NCBI GenBank assembly: GCA_951406725.2
Contig: OX597819.1
Span: 39,308,001-39,372,000 of the forward strand
Direction of reading: 5' to 3'
From: Octopus vulgaris
Taxonomy: Eukaryota
Length of the DNA: 64,000 nt
In this document: positions 54,158 to 64,000 of the stretch, one piece after another
How positions within the stretch are numbered: position 1 is the stretch's first letter
Layout: the number at the start of each line of letters is the position of its first letter
Made by a program: the position numbers and the translations under genes
The notes under the pieces: generated by a model
Seen by the model: the letters and a program-made list of their open reading frames with translations, nothing else
The model's database searches: none
Told to the model about the DNA's origin: nothing

Positions 54158-54200
<43 letters not shown>

Positions 54201-54459
54201 TTTTCTTAATTAACCACTAGGGGCTTACAAAAAGATCGAGAGTGGTACGGGACGATGCAATACAATGCAATATGGGATTACATAATAGCGATGATAGCGC
54301 GTAAACAGTAAAATAACAGAAACAAAGGAACAACTAAATTCAAACAAGAAAAAAATCTCCTCAAAAGTGGGGGGGGGAGACATCCGAGTGTTGCTCGTAG
54401 AAACCTCTCAAAACCACAATCACACTGACCACTAAGCTAGTTCCATCTGTCTTCTTCTC

Positions 54460-55950
54460 TCAGTCTATAGGCACATGCTCAGAACAGACCTGTTCACTCG
54501 GACCATCCTTGCCACTCTCATCCATCTTTCATTAAATCTGTTGAAAGGCAGCATTTCCCTCTCCACACTCACTTTCCTTTTCAAGTGAAACTTGAAAAAG
54601 TTGGCGAGGGCTTGGCCAAAGAGGACGGTATCGGTCCTTAACCCTTTCAGTTTGTCCACTTTCGCTAAGGCTTCCAGACAGATAAAGACTGTATGTGTTT
54701 CTCGGCCAAAGGAAGGTAGCGAGCCGATCTTCACAATCGACTCAGCTGATAGCCGAATCCATTCTACCCGCGAGATCAGTTGCTTGACAACTCCACAAGT
54801 CAGCAATACTGCGGGTACAGGACGAGTGCGTACAAAACAATTTTGGGAATCGGTAATGCTCCAACCAAACATCACCACCACCTCTGGTAACAATGACAGG
54901 CCAGAGATTTCTGGAAATTATTGATGAACGTTGGCCCGAAATTCTTCTGGAACAGACCAGCCAGTTGATTTTCGTCAACACCAAAAGTTTCATTGAGAAC
55001 GTAGTCGCTCTTGCCCGTCATTAACCACATATAGAATACCAAAGTAGAATTTTCACAGAACGCATTACCCAATTGTGTGCACCTTACAATATTCTCGGCA
55101 CCAGGTAGACTGTCGCGGTCTACGCTTGATTCAGGATAACAAATCTGTCAAAGAGATGGGCCAGGGAAAACGTGTCCGACAAATAACCACCACACTTGTT
55201 AAATGTTAAGGATATGCTGGAGATGCTGTAGCTTTAATACATCTCTGCGCCTCACTAGCCACAGTACGCACAATCCCCCTTCAGTGGGTGTTGACAGCAA
55301 ATACAGCGTCTGACCAGTGGAATGCGTCCCTTTCACAAAAAGCAGAGGTGCAGATGATTTGGCGCAAGGCACACCCGTCAGGCGTAATAGATGAAGGATG
55401 AGATGAAGTTCATTATCTCTGCGCAATGTTTCAGGAATAGCTTCTACTCAGCCCAATTCTGAGTGAGATTGGTAAGCCGGCTCGTCACCGCATCTTAATT
55501 CTCGTTCAAACTTCGAGCAATTTAACCGGTCTATCCGTCCAGCGTCTTACAATGCAATTAGACCGCATAAACCTGCTTCTTCGGGCTGCGGCCAGTGATA
55601 TTCGTAGGATGTCTTTATGTTGTAGTTGTGTTGGCGATACTTGTTCCCTGGGTGATGATATTCGTAGGATGTCTTTATGTTGTGGTTGTGTTGGCGATAC
55701 TTGTTCCCTGGGTGATGATGTTGCTGTCTGCTGCTGCTGGTGTCTTTGAGAGTGTTTTTGTTGTCGTTCCTTTTCGTGCTGCTTCTCTTGGTCTTACTGC
55801 TGTCCCTGCTGCTGTTGCTGCTTCTGATTTTGTTATTGATGTTGCATTTTGTTGCCTGTTGTGGTAAAGGCGTCGGCTGCAAAGGGAACCTTCCTACTCT
55901 GCTTCTTCTTTTTCTTTTGCAGTAAACAGAAAGCTCTTATATGGTACGTC
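54460..55950 (-). mobile_element. L1/Tx1-like LINE fragments (same family), with a 60-bp tandem repeat at about 55593-55718
   Basis: RLSAESIVKIGSLPSFGRE...FFKFHLKRKVSVERE matches the 28.2-28.4 kb copy; a low-complexity, possibly ORF1-derived segment lies upstream. Confidence 0.7.
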
Positions 55951-56604
55951 TCTCCAAATATATAACCTTCTGAAAAGCCGTAAGCCATTCGGGAGGTTTA
56001 TTACATCAAGTGTAACCTTTATACTTTCTTGGCCTCTTTAAATTAATAATACCATCTCTGTGTCTGATCAATTTTTCTTTCTCGGTCTGTAAACTGGTAG
56101 AATATTTTTGATTTTCCATGTATCGGACAAGAATCGATGTTTTCAACGTGATTTGGCCGTAAACTTGTTTAGTGCACCTAGGTTTCCCAAGCAGTCACCC
56201 TTCTAAGTACTAACTAGACTCGACTTACTTAACTCAGCTGGCAAAAATAAGTAATCTTGTGACAGACTGGTGTCCCGTCCAGGTGGGGAACATATACACC
56301 AGGGAAACCGAGGAAACCGGCCTTATGCGTCTATATGATTCGGAAAAAGACTTTATCCTATTTATGTCGTATAATACGGACGCCGTCTGCAAGAAGAAAA
56401 GATATCTACTTCTTGTGTTACCTGCGTCTCCTGTATTTTTACCTCTCTCCGAGATATGTTGAAATCGAGACCATTTCATCGCTCTTTGTGACTCGTATTT
56501 TCCTTTTCTTCGGTTTGTAACGTCACCTCAACTACAACAAAACATCTTCCTCGAGAGACATAAGTTTTTATGCCTCAGATTGACAAGCTTCGATTTAAGT
56601 GTGA

Positions 56605-56890
56605 TGTAGAGGGTTCGTTGGACACAGTGTGAGACGACTGTTGTTATCGCTAGGCCTAACTCATCGTAAAGTCAATACCACCATGACCGATATCCAATCT
56701 ACAGTGGAGAAGGCTAGCCACTGGATTTGGTTAAAAAGAGACGATGAGCGATGGCTAGAAGGATATTGAGCTTTATTTGATAACCAGTTGATCTAGCAAG
56801 CGGGGCCTCATATCAGTGAGGGGGGGTGCGCATTGATGCCGTCGAGATGTAGGCTCCGAAACGGCGCGCATTCTCTCCTGATGACCCCAT
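56605..56890 (+). mobile_element. 3' end of a restriction-like-endonuclease (Hero-like) non-LTR retrotransposon with structured 3' UTR
   Basis: 56605-56769 reads CRGFVGHSVRRLLLSLGL...VEKASHWIWLKRDDERWLEGY*, resembling the GCRGF...E.AS.W.W..R C-terminus of Hero-type elements; long hairpin at 56802-56888. Confidence 0.65.
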
Positions 56891-58439
56891 ACACTTGCTG
56901 GCTTCCTGTATGCGGAGTTTTTGACTGGTAGCACTTGCATGTGCAAGTTGTTTGCAAGACATAGGATTGTTTTCCTTTGGCTTTCCTCTTGAATCCATTG
57001 CAGTGTGTTCAGCTAAATTATTGTACCATTTTTGGTGAGATGAGTTTTTGCTTTCTTAGTTCTTATAAAGACACTACTTCTAGTTTTCTGTATACATTTG
57101 CGAATCCGCTTCTACTTTGTTTGTAAGCCATGCTGTTTACCGTTTTTATTCCATTAAAATGTGTGGTGGTGAAGGAAGTCGTATATATTCCAATTCTCTC
57201 TTTGTCTTGCTTGCCGCAGTTATTGCTGTTGTTACTGTTGTTTGTCGTGATGTGAAGTATGGTGGGAATAGTAGTGTTGCTTTTACATCTCTTTTCATTT
57301 GTGTTGCTTTTGTTGTTGTTGTCATTGTTGTTGTTGTCATTGTTGTTGTTATCATTGCTACTACTATTCATACAGTCTCTGTTCACTGTAGCTGCTGTGG
57401 AAAATTAATATTATATTAACTGTTGGAACAGCTAACTGCCAACTCAATTTGATAAGCCATATTTTTTTTAAATTTCTAACATTATTTTTAAAACGTTCAA
57501 AATTCGTCCTGAAGGGATGAAAATTTCACAAAGCCAACCAACCTCAGAGGAGGTTTAATATGAAAATGGTACAATAGAGAACCAAAAATACTTTGTTCAA
57601 AATTGAATAACAAATTACGAGCTCTAAATCAACGTCTTTCCCTTCCAGAGGCTATAAAAATATAAATAGTAATTTTGGTTTCAAATTTTGGCACAGAGCC
57701 CGCTGTAAGGAGAAGGGAAAGTTGATAAGATCAACTCAAGTACTTGACTGGTACTTATTTTATTGAACTCGAAAGGAATAGTCAATTTCGGTGGAATTTG
57801 AATTCAGAACGTAAAGACGGACGAAATGCTGCTAAATATTTTGTTCGGCATTCTAATGATTCAGCCTGCACGTTGCATTAACATAGTAGTAGTAATGATA
57901 ATTGTTTATACTATAGGCGCAAAGTTTGGAGATTCTGGGGGATGGAGATAGTCAATTACAATTACCTCAGTACTGAACTGGTATTTATTTCATTGATCCT
58001 TAAAGGATGAAAGGGAAAGTCGACCTCGGCGGAATTTGAACTCAGAACGTAAAGGCGGACGAAATGCCGCTAAGCACTATATCCAGCCTGCTAACAATTC
58101 TGCTAGCTCGCCGCATTCAGTAGTAGTAGTAGTGGTAGTGGTGGTGGTAATTTCTTTTATTAGCCACAGGTGCATAGATGAGGAAGACATCACAAGGTCA
58201 AACAACTTGTGTGGAGATTTACATATAAGATGGGAAGAAAGAAATGGAAAAGACAGTGAGATGCGAGAGAGGTATACACGGTTTACAGAGTATGTGATAA
58301 AAATGAATGATGCAGTTCTCATGATACAGAAGAAACTCCAACTAGGGCCAATCAAGGAACCCCACAGATCCAAGATTATCTCGATCACAAAAGCACGTAT
58401 CTTTTTCCAAGTGTTGCTTTCTAATCTACAGGCGAATGC

Positions 58440-59168
58440 TTAGAGCAGGGCCATGCACTCTAACTATTTTTGCCACAGTCACCAACTCTTCACAAATTCG
58501 CTGGGGTATAGCACTTACCCCTTCACCCACACTTCCTTTTCAAGTGAAAATTATAAAAGTTGATGTGGGCTTCACCTAAAAGGAAGGTGTTTTCCTCAAT
58601 CCTTTCAGCCTCGCCCACTACACAACTTATTTCGCTATAGACAAAGGAACACCATCTGCCCTGCCTTGTTAAAGGTGGGTGGTGGGGCGATCCTCACTCT
58701 GGATTTGGCCGATAGTCGGATTTCTTCCACATGCGATAACAGCTGTTCGATATAATTTCATACGTCAGCAATACTCGGACACTGCACTGGAAGTTATCTG
58801 GGTTCACCTAGTTCATCCAACTAGTTCATCCTCGTCGACGCCTAGTGTTTCCCGAGAACGTCAGCGTCATCGCTCTTATCCGTCACTACATTTCTATTTA
58901 TTGCTACTGTAGAAATCCACTGACCGCACTGCCCAACTGGTAGAGGGCAGTGAGCGCCTGACGACATTCCTCACTAGAGGAACGTGTCCTTTCCACAGCG
59001 AAAAAGTAAACGCTCCAGTCTGGCCAAAACGAAGACTGGGGCAAGATACAACAGTCAGGCGGTAAGTTATTAAGGAGGCGATGTAAGCATTCACCGACCT
59101 TTCAGGGATAATTTCCTCTCGTCCCATTTCTGAATTAAACTAGTCACCCTGCTTGTAACCTCACACCA
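58440..59168 (-). mobile_element. L1/Tx1-like LINE fragment (same family)
   Basis: W.EVTSRVTSLIQKWDERKLSLKGR; NAYIASLITYRLTVVSCP; FYNFHLKRKCG. Confidence 0.75.
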
Positions 59169-59442
59169 TTTATATATATATATATATATATATATTTCTT
59201 TATGCCCACAAGGAGCTAAACACAGAGGGGACAAACAAAGACAGACAAAGGGATTAAGTCTACTACATCGACCCCAGTGCGTAACTAGTACTTTATTTAT
59301 CGACCCCGAAAGGATGAAAGGCAAAGTCGACCTCGGCGGAATTTGAACTCGGAACGTATCGACAGACGAAATACAGCTACGCATTTCGCCCGACGTGCTA
59401 ACGTTTCTGCCAGCTCATACACATATATATGTATGTATATAT

Positions 59443-59540
<98 letters not shown>

Positions 59541-59705
59541 TATAATCAAGGGTACCAGACAGCACCAGCATTGTTAGGAGTAAGAGTCAAAACGACTCAA
59601 AACCACAGATATCACTTATACACACTGGTGAATTCGAGAAAACGAGTAAATATAAAAGTCAACTTACCAATAGCGAGTGAAAAACGCAAGTGAAATTTGC
59701 TGACG

Positions 59706-59763
59706 TACTCATGTCACGTGATTTCGAACCCTGTGATAAGCATTTAGTTCTCATCAGTGAGTA
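59706..59763 (-). ncRNA. Type I hammerhead inside a 371-bp monomer with terminal direct repeat
   Basis: TACTCA-CTGATGA-GAACT...GGTTC-GAAA-TCACGTGA-CA|TGAGTA; 6-bp helix I, palindromic TCACGTGA, U16.1 replaced by C. Confidence 0.72.
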
Positions 59764-60077
59764 TTACTGCCGAGGGCTATAGATACTCGTGTCACCATGT
59801 GTGTATTGACCATTTGAATACAGCGGCAAATTAAAAAATGATTGAAGTGAATAAAATTATTAAAATATAAAAGAATATTATTATTAATAAATAATGATAA
59901 TAATATAAGTTCATAATCAAGGGTACCAGATAGTACCAGTATTGCTAGAAATAAGGGTCAAAACGACTCAAAACCATAGTTATCACTTATTGCGCGTCAG
60001 GTTACGTTATATATGCTCTCTATAAGTGTATGGAGCACTTTGTGTTTATTACATAAAGCTACATCAAAGGTATATGC

Positions 60078-60137
<60 letters not shown>

Positions 60138-60167
60138 ATTAGGGCTTAGTAAAATAAATTACTTTGC

Positions 60168-60200
<33 letters not shown>

Positions 60201-60296
60201 CGGGAAGCTTTATGAAAATAGACAAAAGACGAAGGCAGGTGGAAAACAAACAAACAATTGTATTAGTATGGCGCTCAGGAAATATAAATAAAACAA

Positions 60297-60336
60297 GTCT
60301 TTAACGTTTCGAGCCTACGCTCTTCAACAGAAAGAT
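60297..60336 (-). ncRNA. Minimal hammerhead-like motif with CUGUUGA core, in cassette 60198-60342
   Basis: TCTTT-CTGTTGA-A-GAGC gtag GCTC-GAAA-CGTT|AAAGA. Confidence 0.7.
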
Positions 60337-60340
60337 ACAC

Positions 60341-60468
<128 letters not shown>

Positions 60469-60471
60469 GAA

Positions 60472-60699
60472 GGCGGCGAGCTGGCAGAAACGTTAGCACG
60501 CCGGGCGAAATGCGTTGCCGTATTTCGTCTGCCGTTACGTTCCGAGTTCAAATTCCGCCGAGGTCGACTTTGCCTTTCATCCTTCCGGGGTCGATAAATT
60601 AAGTACCAGTTACGCACTGGGGTCGATGTAATCGACTTAATCCCTTTGTCTGTCCTTGTTTGTCTCCTCTGTGTTTAGCCCCTTGTGGGTAGTAAAGAA

Positions 60700-60702
<3 letters not shown>
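60472..60702 (+). mobile_element. SINE family B, full length (tRNA-like head plus Meta/MESC-like central domain)
   Basis: GGCGGCGAGCTGGCAGAAACGTTAGCACG...GAGGTCGACTTTGCCTTTCATCCTTCCGGGGTCGATAAATTAAGTACCAG...GCCCCTTGTGGGTAGTAAAGAAATA; other copies at 59192-59416 (-) and 12057-13565 (-), degenerate copies near 35890-36070 and 57680-58115. Confidence 0.88.
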
Positions 60703-60734
<32 letters not shown>

Positions 60735-60830
60735 AAGGGAAAGTTTACGAAAATAAACAAAAGACGAAGGCAGGTGGAGTACAAACAAACAAATGTATTA
60801 GTATGGCGCTCAGGAATAGAAATAGAACAA

Positions 60831-60870
60831 GTCTTTTACGTTTCGAGCCTACGCTCTTCGACAGAAAGAT
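60831..60870 (-). ncRNA. Minimal hammerhead-like motif with CUGUCGA core, in cassette 60734-61225
   Basis: Identical to 14851-14890. Confidence 0.7.
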
Positions 60871-61223
60871 ACACAGAAAAAAAAAAACGAGGAGAGAAAC
60901 AAAGAGAGAAAAAAATGCGTGTAGGAACTAACGATCTATCATGGCGTTCTGACTTCAGGCAGAGGTCAGAGGTCAGAGATCAGACGTTAGAAGCTAGAGG
61001 GACAGTAGGGGAGATAACAGGGTCAAGTGACTTCCAAAACGAAGGTGGTCTCAACACAAATGTGCGTGTGTGCGTAAGAGAGTATGTATGTGCGTGTGAA
61101 AGAGGGCTGGTGGTCTGGACGTGTGTATGTATGTATGTGTGGGTGTGGAGATATGGGGATGGGTGTGTGGGTGGTGTGTTGTGATGTGATATGTGTATGT
61201 AGGTGTAAAGATGTGGGGATGGG

Positions 61224-61262
<39 letters not shown>

Positions 61263-61269
61263 AAATAAA

Positions 61270-61513
61270 TGCGCCCTTTTAAAGCCTAGCCAGGCTCATG
61301 GGACCGGTTTCCCGGTTTCAATGGCGTATGTGTTCCCTCGCTGGATGGGACGCCACTCCATCGCACCGTTACTCATTTTTGCCAGCTGAGTGGACTGGAG
61401 CAACGTGAAATGAAGTGTTTTGCTCAAGAACACAACGTGTCGCCCGGTCCAGGAATCGAAACCACAATCTTACGATCATGATGCTGACACCCTAACCACC
61501 AAGCCACGCGTGT
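61270..61513 (-). mobile_element. SINE family C (tRNA-derived, V-domain-like)
   Basis: Minus strand GCGTGGCTTGGTGGTTAGGGTG...GGTTTCGATTCC...GCGATGGAGTGGCGTCCCATCCAG; related copies at about 6818-7090 and 56230-56340. Confidence 0.75.
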
Positions 61514-62428
61514 CCACATAATACACACATGCATACATACATACATACATACATACATACATACATACATACATACATACATACATACATACATACATAC
61601 GTACATACATACATACATATATATATATATGTATGTATGTATATATATATATATACATACATATGTATGTATGTGTGTGTGTATAAATGTACACACACAC
61701 ACATCATGCGTGTGTTTGTATGGATATGAGGATATATCTGTGTATTTGTATATACACAAATGCAATAATCTCTCTCTCTCACACACACACACACACATAC
61801 ACACACATATATAAACATACACGCATACACATCCAATCACAGAACAAATTCAAGTATACAAAATTTATAAAAAGTCAATAATTATAATAAAAATAAAACA
61901 ATTTAAATATTGAAAAAGGCGGGACCTGGTTTATGAACCGTGGGTAGGTAGATAAGGGGTAGGGACAATATGGTTGGCAGCGGCAGAGATATCATGAAGT
62001 GGGCGTGATCAGTGGTTGGTAAGATTGGGTATGATAGTTGTAAGCGTGGTAACGGAAGCTGAGTTGGGTGTAGACGGTGGTGTAGTTGTGGTTGTGGAGG
62101 TGGTGGTGATGTTGAGGGTCGCGTTGTCGGTGACAGACGAGTGCCGATATAGTATAGTAGGCGGGAATAGGGGCTGTTACATCGCTGTTGTTATTGTTAC
62201 TGAGTCCTGGGCCAACTCTAATTGAGTACATTAGAGGTATCTGGGACTACAAAATCTAATGTGTCTTTCCATGATTTTTTCTCGGTGAGTAGTTTGGGTG
62301 AAATTTGGCTGCTATTTCTAGCTATCCGAATGATCACCTACATATCTCATCGTTGACGCTTTTTGTCACTGCTGCTGATTTTTAGCTCTTGGTTAATCCT
62401 GAATTAGCAACACCGTGGTTATCGAAAT

Positions 62429-62595
<167 letters not shown>

Positions 62596-62602
62596 GTGTA
62601 TA

Positions 62603-62792
62603 TTTTACTCTTTTATTTGTTTCAGTCATTTGACTGCGGCCATGCTGGAGCACCGCCTTTAGTCGAGCAAAGCGACCCCACGACTTATTCTTTGTAAGCC
62701 TAGGTCTCTTTTGCCGAACCGCTAACTTACGGGGACGTAAACACACCAGCATCGGTTGTCAACCGATGTTGGGGGGACAAACACAGACACAC

Positions 62793-62863
<71 letters not shown>

Positions 62864-62983
62864 TACGACAGGCTTCTTTCAGTTTCTGTCTATCAAATCC
62901 ACTCACAAGGCTTTGGTCGGACCGAGTCTATAGTAGAAGACACTTGCCAGTGGGAATGAACTCGGAACTATGTAGTTGGTAAA
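62603..62983 (-). mobile_element. SINE family A
   Basis: Reverse complement of family A with an expanded internal (TA)n. Confidence 0.85.
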
Positions 62984-62984
62984 C

Positions 62985-63670
62985 TCCCTATTTTAAAATA
63001 CTTATAATTTATTTAATTACAATAATTTTTAGAAAAAACGAATATGTAAAGAAAGTGTATAGCATAGAATTTTATTTAAAATTTGATATAGGCATCAGCA
63101 TTCACCACCATCTTCTGAAGCCGCCTGGGAAACACATCAACTGATTTCATCAGGATGTCTTGTGGAATGAAAGACATAACTTCTCGTATTCACCCTTTAA
63201 GTTCTTCCAAAGTCATTGGTTTGGTAGAGAAGACTTCCTCCTTTAACCAACCCCAAAGAAAACAGTCGCAGGGTGTTAAATCAGGGCTTCTGGCCAGCCA
63301 GTCATGCGGACCTTGATGAATTGGAAGGACGACCACTTCAAGTATCAGCTACAAATCCTGTAGTCATGAATTTTGCATGGCAATTCTTGATTATCTGTGC
63401 ATCAACTTGAGCATGTCTTCCTCTAATGGTCCTCCACCTTCTTTGCACTTGAACATCTGATCTCCAAACTTCGTAATGTTTGGGCACGCTCCCGCACAGT
63501 AAAACATCCAGCCATGTTTGTAGGGCTTCTAAATTTCAAACAAAATAATCAATCTGAAAAAAAAGCAACATGGAATCAATTCCCTTACATTAAAGAACAT
63601 GCACAACAAATTTGAGAAAAAAATTACAGTTAATAAATAAATTATAAGCATGAGTTACTTTCCAATATCC

Positions 63671-63672
<2 letters not shown>
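62985..63672 (-). mobile_element. Tc1/mariner (rosa-like) degenerate element related to the 47.3 kb copy
   Basis: WLARSPDLTPCDCFLWGWLKEEVF; ends ...CCCTG|TA at 63672. Confidence 0.7.
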
Positions 63673-63713
<41 letters not shown>

Positions 63714-63723
63714 CGCCATACTA

Positions 63724-64000
63724 ATATGGCATTCTTAAAAATAAGAATAAAGCTGTCGCTGATTAGCTCCATGAAGCCATCGCCTCAAGCTAGCTACTTG
63801 ACACACAAACTGCGTCCGTTATTAAACCTTCGAACAGGGGAGGGGCAACAACCCTGAAACATGTCTGTAGCTGTCGGACTAGCAGGTTGAAGTGGCTGAC
63901 CTCTCTGGACGCAGTTTGTGTGTCAAGTAGCTAGCTTGAGGCGATGGCTTCATGGAGCTAATCAGCGGCAGCTTTATTCTTATTTTTAAGGATGCCATAT
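63724..64000. repeat. Inverted repeat, arms of at least 94 bp, 89-bp spacer; runs off the window end
   Basis: 63724-63817 is the reverse complement of 63907-64000, with a few substitutions. Confidence 0.88.

Noticed and set aside
61440-61513. tRNA gene
   Set aside because: tRNA-like A and B boxes are the head of a SINE and continue into SINE body; no complete acceptor stem.

Overview
This is AT-rich, repeat-dense eukaryotic (animal) DNA. The SINE families and (TA)n/(CA)n/(ATT)n microsatellite load suggest a coleoid cephalopod, probably Octopus (inference). The only host gene recognised is the first coding exon of snRNP core protein Sm D3 (minus strand, 8945-9266); its last exon is not found in the window. 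The rest is transposable-element debris: a near-intact mariner nested in a SINE, Tc1/mariner relics, hAT relics, five GG-terminal 8-bp-TSD MITEs with internal telomere-like hexamers, L1/Tx1-like, RTE-like and Hero-like LINE fragments, three Penelope-like (PLE) fragments and dozens of SINEs. Two hidden signals stand out. (1) About a dozen type I hammerhead-ribozyme (HHR) folds from several families sit in small non-coding cassettes, most of them in or beside (TA)n microsatellites. They occur as fold-back palindromes or as 1.2-1.3-mer direct repeats, i.e. a retrozyme-like or PLE-dependent mobile RNA system. One copy ends exactly at the predicted cleavage site. (2) A U6 snRNA retrocopy fused to a LINE/SINE-type 3' tail with a covarying hairpin is inserted in a hAT transposase. 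All folds and alignments were read by eye; none were computed.
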